Shown here piece by piece: positions 56,147-64,000 of a stretch of DNA of 64,000 nt (its first letter is position 1; each line of letters opens with the position of its first letter). This DNA is from an uncultured Oscillospiraceae bacterium (GTDB lineage: Bacteria; Bacillota; Clostridia; Oscillospirales; Ruminococcaceae): positions 7,476 to 71,475 of the forward strand of contig CAKSSH010000001.1 in NCBI GenBank assembly GCA_934488695.1, read 5' to 3'. Under the pieces are notes generated by a model that saw nothing but the letters and a program-made list of their open reading frames with translations, did not search any database and had not been told where the DNA came from. Made by a program: the position numbers and the translations under genes.

Positions 56147-56875
56147 ATGAGAAAATTATTTAAAAAAGCGATGCATCTGCCTGTTGTTCCGCAACATGTC
56201 GGCATTATCATGGACGGAAACGGCCGATGGGCCAAAAAACGCGGATTGCCGCGTTCGGTCGGGCATCGTAAAGGGGCGGCAGTCTTTAAAACCATTACAC
56301 GTCATTGCCGGGATCGCGGCGTTCGATTTTTGACGGTCTATGCCTTTTCCACCGAAAACTGGAAACGGAGTCCGGAGGAAGTGGACGGGATCATGGAGCT
56401 TCTTCGCGAATATTTGCGGGATGTTGAAAATTATACACGCGACAATATTCGGGTGCGTTTTATCGGGGATCGCAGTGTGCTGGATGAAGATATTGTTCGG
56501 CTCATGGAAAATACCGAGAAAACCTCGGAGAATTACACGGCTATGACGCTGAATATTGCCGTTAATTATGGCGGACTGCCCGAAATCACGCGTGCGGCGC
56601 GTCGTTGTGCCGAGCGAACGGCGAGTGGCGAGCTTTGCCCGGAGCAAATCACCGAGCAGCTGCTGGAACAGGAGCTTTACACGGCCGGACAGCCGTCGGC
56701 AGACCTCATTATCCGCACCGGAGGAGAATGGCGGTTGTCTAATTTTTTAACCTGGCAATCAGCATATAGCGAGCTTTATTTTTGTGATGTTCTATGGCCG
56801 GATTTTACACCGCGGCATTTAGATCAAGCCCTTTCCGCCTTTGCCGGTCGGCAACGGCGTTACGGCGGCGCCTAA
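56147..56875 (+). CDS. uppS: isoprenyl transferase (undecaprenyl diphosphate synthase)
   Basis: Motifs HVGIIMDGNGRWA, FSTENWKR, RTGGEWRLSNFLTWQSAYSELYF. Confidence 0.95.
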   Translation: MRKLFKKAMHLPVVPQHVGIIMDGNGRWAKKRGLPRSVGHRKGAAVFKTITRHCRDRGVRFLTVYAFSTENWKRSPEEVDGIMELLREYLRDVENYTRDNIRVRFIGDRSVLDEDIVRLMENTEKTSENYTAMTLNIAVNYGGLPEITRAARRCAERTASGELCPEQITEQLLEQELYTAGQPSADLIIRTGGEWRLSNFLTWQSAYSELYFCDVLWPDFTPRHLDQALSAFAGRQRRYGGA

Positions 56876-56917
56876 ATCCGGCAAAAAGCTTTGGTATGAC
56901 AAAAAGGAGTCTTGTTT

Positions 56918-57739
56918 ATGAAACAGCGTGTCATTTCCGGTGCTGTCTGCGTTGTGGCGTTGGCAGTTGTTTTATGTTTGTATCACACCTTGGCGCTTGA
57001 GGCGGCAGTTTGTGCGCTTTCCGCCATTGCCGTTTATGAGCTTTTGACGGCGGATGGTTTCCGGGAGCATCGGGCTTTTTTGCTTCCGTCTGTGATTTTT
57101 GCCGGAGTATTGCCTTATGCCAGCTGTTTTAATTGTGAAAATTGGGTCATTATAGCGTTTTTGGCACTAATCGTGCTTTTAATGCTGGCTTTTCATGAGT
57201 CGGTTTCTTTTGAAAAAGTGAGCTTTTTGGTTTTGGCTGCTCTGTTTGTGCCGATTTCGTTTATAAGCTTGCTTCGTCTGCGCAATAACTTTGCCCGTGA
57301 CGGACTCTTTTATCTGTTGATGGTGTTTGGTGGCGCTTGGTTTGCCGATACCGGAGCCTTTTTTGTCGGGAAATTTTTCGGAAAACATAAGCTTTCTCCT
57401 AAAATCAGCCCTAAAAAAACAGTGGAAGGCGCTGTCGGTGGCGTTTTGACCAATGTGTTGCTGTTTTATCTAATGGCGTTGATTTATGCTGCTATTCGGC
57501 GAGCCGGCGGAATATCGGTGCAGGTGCATTATGTCCAGCTGATCGTTTTGGCGGTCGGATTGGCCGTGTGCGGCATGGTTGGAGATTTGCTGGCATCGGT
57601 CATCAAACGCCAGTTGAATATTAAGGATTACGGAAAATGTATTCCGGGACACGGCGGAATCATGGACCGATTTGACAGTATTCTTTTTACGGCGCCTGCA
57701 GTTTATGCGGCGACCAAGATATTGCGTATTCTCGGATAA
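56918..57739 (+). CDS. cdsA: phosphatidate cytidylyltransferase
   Basis: ATG at 56918 follows AAAGGAG. Multi-TM. Motifs SPKKTVEG and GDLLASVIKRQLNIKDYG..IPGHGGIMDRFDS. Confidence 0.9.
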   Translation: MKQRVISGAVCVVALAVVLCLYHTLALEAAVCALSAIAVYELLTADGFREHRAFLLPSVIFAGVLPYASCFNCENWVIIAFLALIVLLMLAFHESVSFEKVSFLVLAALFVPISFISLLRLRNNFARDGLFYLLMVFGGAWFADTGAFFVGKFFGKHKLSPKISPKKTVEGAVGGVLTNVLLFYLMALIYAAIRRAGGISVQVHYVQLIVLAVGLAVCGMVGDLLASVIKRQLNIKDYGKCIPGHGGIMDRFDSILFTAPAVYAATKILRILG

Positions 57740-57799
57740 AAAACGGCCACCGACTGCTGAAAAACAGCCGGTGGCCGTATGGTTAAAGGAAGAAATGTT

Positions 57800-58948
57800 A
57801 TGCGTAAAATCTCTTTGCTCGGCGCAACCGGTTCCATCGGCACTCAAACGCTGGATGTAGCCAGGACACACAATGTAAAGGTTTGTGCCATTACGGGAAA
57901 TCGGAATTTAAAGTTGTTAGAGCAACAGGCACGGCTTTTTCGTCCACAGCTTGTCTGTACCGCTGACGACACCTGTTACCGAGAACTTTGCCGTGCCTTG
58001 GCGGACACTGATATAACAGTTGAAGCAGGGGAAGAAAGTATACTTCATGCCGCAACCCTGGAGGGCTGCGACCTTGTTGTTAACAGCATTGTCGGCATTG
58101 CCGGCCTGCGACCGACGCTTGCAGCAATCAACGCCTGTAAAGATGTTGCCCTTGCCAACAAAGAATCACTGGTGACCGGCGGAGATCTTGTCATGCGGGC
58201 AGTTGCGGAGAAGGGTGTTCGGCTGCTGCCGGTGGATAGCGAGCATTCGGCTATTTTCCAATGTATGCAGGGGTGTCGGGAAAGCGAGGTGCGCCGCATT
58301 TTGTTGACGGCGTCGGGAGGACCTTTTTTCGGCTATACCCGCGACATGCTTCGTGCCGTAACCCGGGAGCAGGCGCTGCGCCATCCGAATTGGCAGATGG
58401 GTCCCAAAATCACCATTGATTCGGCTACGCTGATGAATAAAGGCGCGGAGCTGATCGAAGCAGTTTTTTTATTTCATCAAAAGCCTGAAAATGTTGAAAT
58501 TGTTGTTCATCGACAGTCGATCGTTCATTCCTTGATTGAGCTTGCCGATCACGCTGTGCTGGCACAGTTAGGCACTCCGGATATGCGGATTCCGATTCAA
58601 TATGCCATCACTTATCCGCAACGATTAGAATCGACAGCGCCGCCGCTTTCTTTGTTTGATGTTGGCTGTTTGAGCTTTGAAAGGCCTGACGAGGAGACGT
58701 TTGAGTCTTTGGCGGCATGCCGAGAGGCTATTCGACGCGGAGGATTGTATCCTTGCGCCGTCAACTGTGCAAATGAGCAGGCGGTTGAACTGTTTTTGGC
58801 GGGGAAAATTTCGTTTTTGGAGATTGGCAGATTGGTAACATCGGCGCTGTCATATCGGGATTTCAGCGGTGAATATACATTAAAGGATGTTTTGAATACC
58901 GACCGGGAAATTCGGGAATATGTAAAAGAAACGGCAGTACACTCGTAA
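57800..58948 (+). CDS. dxr: 1-deoxy-D-xylulose 5-phosphate reductoisomerase
   Basis: Start at MRKISLLGATGSIGTQTL (57800). Motifs LANKESLV, PVDSEHSAIFQC and NKGAELIEA. Confidence 0.95.
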   Translation: MRKISLLGATGSIGTQTLDVARTHNVKVCAITGNRNLKLLEQQARLFRPQLVCTADDTCYRELCRALADTDITVEAGEESILHAATLEGCDLVVNSIVGIAGLRPTLAAINACKDVALANKESLVTGGDLVMRAVAEKGVRLLPVDSEHSAIFQCMQGCRESEVRRILLTASGGPFFGYTRDMLRAVTREQALRHPNWQMGPKITIDSATLMNKGAELIEAVFLFHQKPENVEIVVHRQSIVHSLIELADHAVLAQLGTPDMRIPIQYAITYPQRLESTAPPLSLFDVGCLSFERPDEETFESLAACREAIRRGGLYPCAVNCANEQAVELFLAGKISFLEIGRLVTSALSYRDFSGEYTLKDVLNTDREIREYVKETAVHS

Positions 58949-58963
58949 AAGAAAGGTAATTTT

Positions 58964-60019
58964 ATGTATATTGCAATAACGATTTTGCTGACAGTTTTGA
59001 TGTTCGGCTTGCTGATTTTGGTGCATGAGACCGGGCATTTTATTGCAGCGAAGCTGTTTGGTGTGCGAGTCAATGAATTTTCCTTGGGCATGGGACCGCG
59101 TCTGTTCGGTTTCGGCCGAGGAGAAACGAAATATAATATTCGCGCATTGCCGATCGGCGGGTATGTCAGTATGGAGGGCGAAGAAACCGATACGGAGGAT
59201 CCGCGCGGGTTTCGTCGGCAAAAAGTATGGAAACGGATGGTCATTTGTGTGGCCGGCGTTTTAATGAATTTTTTGCTGGGTTTTCTGATTGCTGTTTTGT
59301 TGGTGGCAGTCCCCGGCAGTAAACAATTGGCCGGAACAACAGTTGCGGGTGTGGTTCCGGGTGCGCAGGTGGGCGGGCTGCAGGAGGGCGACCGAATCGT
59401 ATCAATTTCGGGATACCGTATTTTTGTCGGTGAGGATATTTCTTTTGGCATTTCCCGCAGTGACCCGACCGGGAAAAGCGAAATAACGCAATTGGAGACC
59501 CGGATGGTTGTTCTGCGTGACGGTCAGCGGTTAACCCTGAACGATTTTCATCCGTTTACGCGGGTTTCTTATGAGGATGGAACACAGGAGGACCGGTACT
59601 CTTTTTATGTGCGTGCGGAAAAAAAGAACTTTTTCAGTGTGCTTCGGCATGGTTTTTTTGAGTCGCTTTCTTATATTCGGACTACCTATCTCGGCCTTTC
59701 GGACTTATTGACGGGCCGTATCGGGATTGATTCGCTCGGCAGCGTTGTCCGAATCGGTCAGGTGGTCGGCAAGGTGGCAAAAAGCGGAATGCCAAACCTT
59801 TTTTATCTAATGGCATTGATCTCGGTTAACCTCGGCGTCATGAATTTGCTGCCGATTCCGGCGTTGGACGGCGGCCGTTTGGTATTGCTGCTGTTTGAGG
59901 GATTGTTTAGACGGAAGATTAACGGTAAGGTTGAATATGCATTGATTGCCGGTAGCATGATTTTGCTGTATCTGCTGGTTTTTCTGGTGACGGTCAAGGA
60001 TATTATAACTATTTTTTGA
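58964..60019 (+). CDS. rseP: RIP (site-2) zinc metalloprotease RseP/RasP family
   Basis: HETGHF (HExxH) in TM1, a PDZ-like middle region, and C-terminal NLLPIPALDGG. Confidence 0.9.
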   Translation: MYIAITILLTVLMFGLLILVHETGHFIAAKLFGVRVNEFSLGMGPRLFGFGRGETKYNIRALPIGGYVSMEGEETDTEDPRGFRRQKVWKRMVICVAGVLMNFLLGFLIAVLLVAVPGSKQLAGTTVAGVVPGAQVGGLQEGDRIVSISGYRIFVGEDISFGISRSDPTGKSEITQLETRMVVLRDGQRLTLNDFHPFTRVSYEDGTQEDRYSFYVRAEKKNFFSVLRHGFFESLSYIRTTYLGLSDLLTGRIGIDSLGSVVRIGQVVGKVAKSGMPNLFYLMALISVNLGVMNLLPIPALDGGRLVLLLFEGLFRRKINGKVEYALIAGSMILLYLLVFLVTVKDIITIF

Positions 60020-60031
60020 CGGAGCGATACG

Positions 60032-61072
60032 ATGAGAAATTCAAGAAAAGTCCGAATCGGAGACCTCGTTATCGGCGGTGGGGCGCCGGTGGCAGTCCAG
60101 TCGATGTTGAATGTGCCCAGCTGTAATATTGCGGAAAACGTCGCACAGGCGCAGCGCCTTGAGGCGGCAGGCTGTGAAATCTTGCGATTTTCGGTGCCGG
60201 ATCGGCAATCGGTTCGGCTTATCGACGCGATTCGGGAAAAGGTGAAAATACCGTTAGTGGCGGATATTCATTTTGATTATAAAATCGCGTTGGACTGTGC
60301 AGCGGCCGGCGTGGACAAAATCCGGATCAACCCCGGAAATATTGGCGCGCCGGAGCGTGTTCGAGCGGTTGCACAAGCGTGCTTGCAGCACAAAATACCG
60401 ATTCGGATTGGCGTGAATTCCGGTTCTCTTGAAAAAAGACTTTTGGAAAAGCATGGTGGACCGACGCCGCAGGCGCTTTGTGAAAGCGCACTGTTGCAGG
60501 CGCGTATGCTGCAGGATTTTGGACTTGAGGATATTGTGATTTCGCTTAAATCCTCAGACGTTCGGCGGACTGTAGAGGCATATCGTTTGGCTGCTGCCGC
60601 CTGTGATTTTCCACTGCATCTCGGCGTAACCGAGGCCGGCAGTGCCCGAATGGGGCTGATTAAGTCCGCTGTTGGGATTGGTGCGCTGCTTTGTGACGGA
60701 ATCGGGGACACATTACGGGTGTCTTTGACCGACTCTCCCGAAAAAGAGGTCGAGGCGGGTCTTAATATTCTGAAAGCGCTTAATATGCGTGACGGCGTTC
60801 AACTGATTTCCTGCCCGACCTGTGGACGAACCCGCATTGATTTGATCTCGATTGCACAGCAGGTGGAGGAAGCAGTGAAATCGATTCAAAAGCCTATTAC
60901 GGTTGCAGTGATGGGCTGCGTCGTGAACGGCCCCGGAGAAGCTGCAGAAGCGGATATCGGTATTGCCGGAGGCGACGGGTGTGCCGTTTTGTTTAGACAC
61001 GGAAAAATTTTGCGCAAAGTGCCGGAAAACGAAATTGTTAAGGCGCTTTTGGACGAAATTCAAAAGCTTTAG
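60032..61072 (+). CDS. ispG: 4-hydroxy-3-methylbut-2-en-1-yl diphosphate synthase (flavodoxin)
   Basis: Motifs APVAVQSM, VADIHFDY, RINPGNIG, GVNSGSL and CPTCGR...MGCVVNGPGE. Confidence 0.95.
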   Translation: MRNSRKVRIGDLVIGGGAPVAVQSMLNVPSCNIAENVAQAQRLEAAGCEILRFSVPDRQSVRLIDAIREKVKIPLVADIHFDYKIALDCAAAGVDKIRINPGNIGAPERVRAVAQACLQHKIPIRIGVNSGSLEKRLLEKHGGPTPQALCESALLQARMLQDFGLEDIVISLKSSDVRRTVEAYRLAAAACDFPLHLGVTEAGSARMGLIKSAVGIGALLCDGIGDTLRVSLTDSPEKEVEAGLNILKALNMRDGVQLISCPTCGRTRIDLISIAQQVEEAVKSIQKPITVAVMGCVVNGPGEAAEADIGIAGGDGCAVLFRHGKILRKVPENEIVKALLDEIQKL

Positions 61073-61094
61073 AATAAAAGAAATGGAAAGACAT

Positions 61095-64000
61095 ATGGGG
61101 AATTTTAAGGAACTATTTGAGAATTATTTGCCACAGGAGCTGCTGGCGCCTTTTTCGGGCTGTGAAGTCCTTCGGATTCGCCTGGAAGAGGAAATCCGGC
61201 AGGTTTTTTTAGAGACTTCTTTTGAAAAGCTGCCGTACCCTCAGGAGCTTTTTTCGGCAGAACAGCAGCTGTCTAAAGCACTTTTACATCGCACCCGATT
61301 TGCATTGCGCCTTCGGGAAGAGCAGTTAACACCGCAGCTTTTGCCGTATCTTATTGAAGAATTGAAAGCACGCGGCAAAACGGCTAACGGTTTTTTTGGG
61401 GACGCGGTGTTGACCTGTGCCGAGGACGGCTGCGTGATATATTTATCTCACGGCAGAGAAATATTGGAAAAAAGCGATTGCGATACGCTTTTATCTCAAA
61501 TTTTGGAGGAATGGTTTTCTAAAAAAATACCGGTACGCTTTGAAGAGGATATAAACAAGCTTGCTCCGCAGCCGGTCGAGGATGCCGAGGAGATTGTTTA
61601 CTATAGCCGGCCGCAACCGGTGCAGCCGCCGCGGCGGGGAAAATTTACAGGAGAATATCTGCGCCCTTACAGCGCCGAGGATGGGGAGATGCTGCTGGGG
61701 CGGGGGAAGCTTCAGGGAGAGCCGGAGCCGATCGCAGAGCTTTCGGCAGAAACGCAGCGGGTGTTGATTTGGGGCGATGTTTTCTTTAAAGACAGCCGAG
61801 AGACCCGTAACGGAAACACAACTATCTACACCTTTTATGTCAGCGACGGAACCGATTCGGCGGTGCTCAAATGCTTTGTCAAAAAAGAGACCGAAAGCTC
61901 GGTTTCCAAAATTGCTCTTGGGGACACACTGCTTTTGGAGGGAACCTATCAGTTGGATGATTATGCCGGCGAGTATATCATTCGGCCTAAAAAAATCTGC
62001 CGGGTCCGCCGACTGACAAAGCAGGATCTTGCGCCGGAAAAGCGGGTGGAGCTTCATGTGCACACCAATCTTTCCGAGCAGGATGGGGTGTCGTCTCCGA
62101 AATCGTTGATTCGGCAGGCATATGAATGGGGTCACCGAGCTATTGCGATTACAGACCACGGGGTGGTACAGGCTTTTCCGGAGGCCATGAATGCCGTTGA
62201 AGAAATTTGGAGCAAGGGCGGAGATTTTAAAATTCTTTACGGGATGGAAGGCTATTTGGTTGATGATTCAATCAAAAGCATGGTCGGTACGGCAGATATT
62301 GCCTTTTCCGAATCGATGGTTGTTTTTGACTTGGAAACCACCGGTATCAATGCCCGTCTGGAGAGAATTACCGAAATCGGCGCCGTACGGCTGGTTAACG
62401 GAGAAATCACCGAGACTTTTAATACCTTTGTCCATGCCGGAAAGCCGATTCCCGCGCACATCACCGAGCTTACCGGAATAACCAACGAGATGATAGCCGA
62501 CGCGCCCGATGAACGGACGGCGCTACAACGTTTTTTTGATTTCTGCAAGGGGAGCAAGGTGCTGGTAGCTCATAATGCTCCCTTTGATACCGGCTTTTTG
62601 CGGGCAACTTGCGCGCGTTGCGAATTGCCGTATGATTTCACATCGATCGACACAGTGCCGTTGATTCGTAAGCTTTATCCCGATATAAGACGAGTGACGC
62701 TGGACAGTGTGGCAAAGCATTTAAAGCTACCGCCGTTTCATCATCACCGGGCTTGTGATGACGCACAAATGCTAGCCGAAATCTTTAGAATGATGCTCTC
62801 AAAATTAAAAAAAGACCATGGAATAACACGCACCGGCGAGCTTAACGATAAATTCGGCAGTATCGACCCGCGCAGACTGCACCCGAATCACTTGGTGCTG
62901 CTGGTGAAAAATGCCGTTGGTCTTAAAAATTTATATAAGCTTGTTTCAAAATCTCATCTGGAGCATTTTTATCGACGCCCCTTGATTTTGCGCAGTGAGC
63001 TTGAGACGATGCGAGAGGGCCTGATTCTCGGAAGCGCGTGTGTTGCCGGAGAGCTGTATGAGGCGATTTTAGACGGGAAAAGCGATGAGGAACTGAAAAA
63101 TATTGCGCAATTCTATGATTATTTGGAGGTCCAGCCGCTGGAGAACAATGCCTACCTGGTCCGGGAAAATCAGGTGGAAAGCATGGAGGTTATCCGAGAT
63201 TTTAATCGGACGGTAGTCCAAATCGGCGAGGAGCTTCACATCCCGGTGGTGGCTACCGGAGATGTGCATTTTCTGTCTCCGGATCAGGCTGTTTTTCGCA
63301 AAATCATTCAGCCGGCCGAGGGAAATCAAGAGCAGCAAGCGCCGCTTTATTTTCGCACGACCGAGGAAATGTTAGCGGAATTTTCTTATTTGTCACCGGA
63401 AAAGGCGGAGGAAATCGTTATACGAAATCCAAATCTGGTGGCAGACTGGATCGAAAAAGAGATTCGTCCGATTCCAAAAGGGACCTATCCGCCGTCCATT
63501 GAGGGTTCCGAAGAAACGCTGACGCGCATTACCCATGAACGCGCCCGGAAAATTTACGGGGATCCGCTGCCGCAGCTTGTTCGGGAACGGCTGGAAAAGG
63601 AATTGGATTCTATTATCAAACATGGGTTTGCGGTTTTGTATATCATTGCACAGAAGCTGGTTTGGAAGTCGGTAGAGGACGGATACCAGGTCGGCTCGCG
63701 TGGTTCGGTCGGCTCCTCCTTTGTGGCTACAATGGCCGGCATTTCAGAGGTAAATCCGCTGGTTCCGCATTATATATGCCCTGAATGCAAGTATTTTGAG
63801 ACATTTGAAAAGGGAGAGTTCGGCTCTGGCTTTGATCTGCCGCCGAAGGACTGTCCGAACTGCGGAACTCCGCTTAATCGAGACGGGCACAACATCCCGT
63901 TTGAGACGTTTTTGGGCTTTAAGGGAGACAAATCGCCCGATATCGACTTAAATTTTGCCAGTGAATATCAAAACCGTGCGCACCGATACACCGAAGAGCT
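61095..64000 (+). CDS. polC: DNA polymerase III PolC-type alpha subunit, N-terminal ~968 codons (continues beyond the window)
   Basis: Own translation from ATG at 61095 (an in-frame ATG at 61083 is also possible): MGNFKELFENYL... PHP motif VELHVHTNLSEQDG. Inserted 3'-5' exonuclease domain MVVFDLETTG ... AHNAPFDTGFL ... HHRACDDA. The frame stays open to 64000, so it is absent from the ORF track. Confidence 0.9.
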   Translation, partial: MGNFKELFENYLPQELLAPFSGCEVLRIRLEEEIRQVFLETSFEKLPYPQELFSAEQQLSKALLHRTRFALRLREEQLTPQLLPYLIEELKARGKTANGFFGDAVLTCAEDGCVIYLSHGREILEKSDCDTLLSQILEEWFSKKIPVRFEEDINKLAPQPVEDAEEIVYYSRPQPVQPPRRGKFTGEYLRPYSAEDGEMLLGRGKLQGEPEPIAELSAETQRVLIWGDVFFKDSRETRNGNTTIYTFYVSDGTDSAVLKCFVKKETESSVSKIALGDTLLLEGTYQLDDYAGEYIIRPKKICRVRRLTKQDLAPEKRVELHVHTNLSEQDGVSSPKSLIRQAYEWGHRAIAITDHGVVQAFPEAMNAVEEIWSKGGDFKILYGMEGYLVDDSIKSMVGTADIAFSESMVVFDLETTGINARLERITEIGAVRLVNGEITETFNTFVHAGKPIPAHITELTGITNEMIADAPDERTALQRFFDFCKGSKVLVAHNAPFDTGFLRATCARCELPYDFTSIDTVPLIRKLYPDIRRVTLDSVAKHLKLPPFHHHRACDDAQMLAEIFRMMLSKLKKDHGITRTGELNDKFGSIDPRRLHPNHLVLLVKNAVGLKNLYKLVSKSHLEHFYRRPLILRSELETMREGLILGSACVAGELYEAILDGKSDEELKNIAQFYDYLEVQPLENNAYLVRENQVESMEVIRDFNRTVVQIGEELHIPVVATGDVHFLSPDQAVFRKIIQPAEGNQEQQAPLYFRTTEEMLAEFSYLSPEKAEEIVIRNPNLVADWIEKEIRPIPKGTYPPSIEGSEETLTRITHERARKIYGDPLPQLVRERLEKELDSIIKHGFAVLYIIAQKLVWKSVEDGYQVGSRGSVGSSFVATMAGISEVNPLVPHYICPECKYFETFEKGEFGSGFDLPPKDCPNCGTPLNRDGHNIPFETFLGFKGDKSPDIDLNFASEYQNRAHRYTEE

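Noticed and set aside
58612-59451. 279-aa minus-strand ORF antisense to the dxr/rseP junction
   Set aside because: It overlaps two strongly supported plus-strand genes and has no motifs or RBS.
61491-62159. 222-aa minus-strand ORF plus several short plus-strand ORFs listed within 61.5-62.5 kb
   Set aside because: The region is covered by the open-ended polC frame (frame of 61095), which I translated continuously through the PHP and exonuclease motifs. The listed ORFs are in other frames.

Overview
This window is a core chromosomal segment of a spore-forming Firmicute. By inference from gene content and order (PolC, T-box leaders, spmAB, spoIID, yabPQ) it belongs to class Clostridia and looks Oscillospiraceae/Ruminococcaceae-like. 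I support 65 protein-coding genes (two are open-ended at the window edges and so absent from the ORF track), one tRNA-Lys(UUU), two T-box leaders (tyrS with UAC, pheST with UUC), and a set of sigma-A-like promoters and intrinsic terminators. Housekeeping blocks: tyrS; ppiB; spmAB; an amino-acid ABC transporter; spoIID; rpsB-tsf; pheST; murA; an MBL/methyltransferase/rsmI operon; trmL; pgk-tpiA-gpmI; ligA-comEA-mtnN; recJ-relA-dtd-MBL-hemZ; the yabM-to-yabR sporulation/division cluster; and pyrH-frr-uppS-cdsA-dxr-rseP-ispG-polC. I saw no CRISPR array, rRNA, transposase, integrase or phage genes. The best candidate for an undescribed system is the unit at 8.4-14.1 kb, bounded by a promoter and a terminator. 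It encodes an SGNH hydrolase, a DUF4358 lipoprotein, a polyprenyl-phosphate sugar transferase, a translationally coupled sugar-transfer ATP-grasp, and a zinc-ribbon/PASTA protein whose kinase catalytic residues are all replaced (a predicted pseudokinase). Secondary items are a DeoR-controlled araL/araM/araD-like trio without araA/araB, a monocistronic membrane-tethered Cys/Asp-rich miniprotein, a terminator-like palindrome in the tRNA-Lys leader, and a stand-alone FakA-middle-domain miniprotein. All family assignments come from reading the translations. No database search was run.
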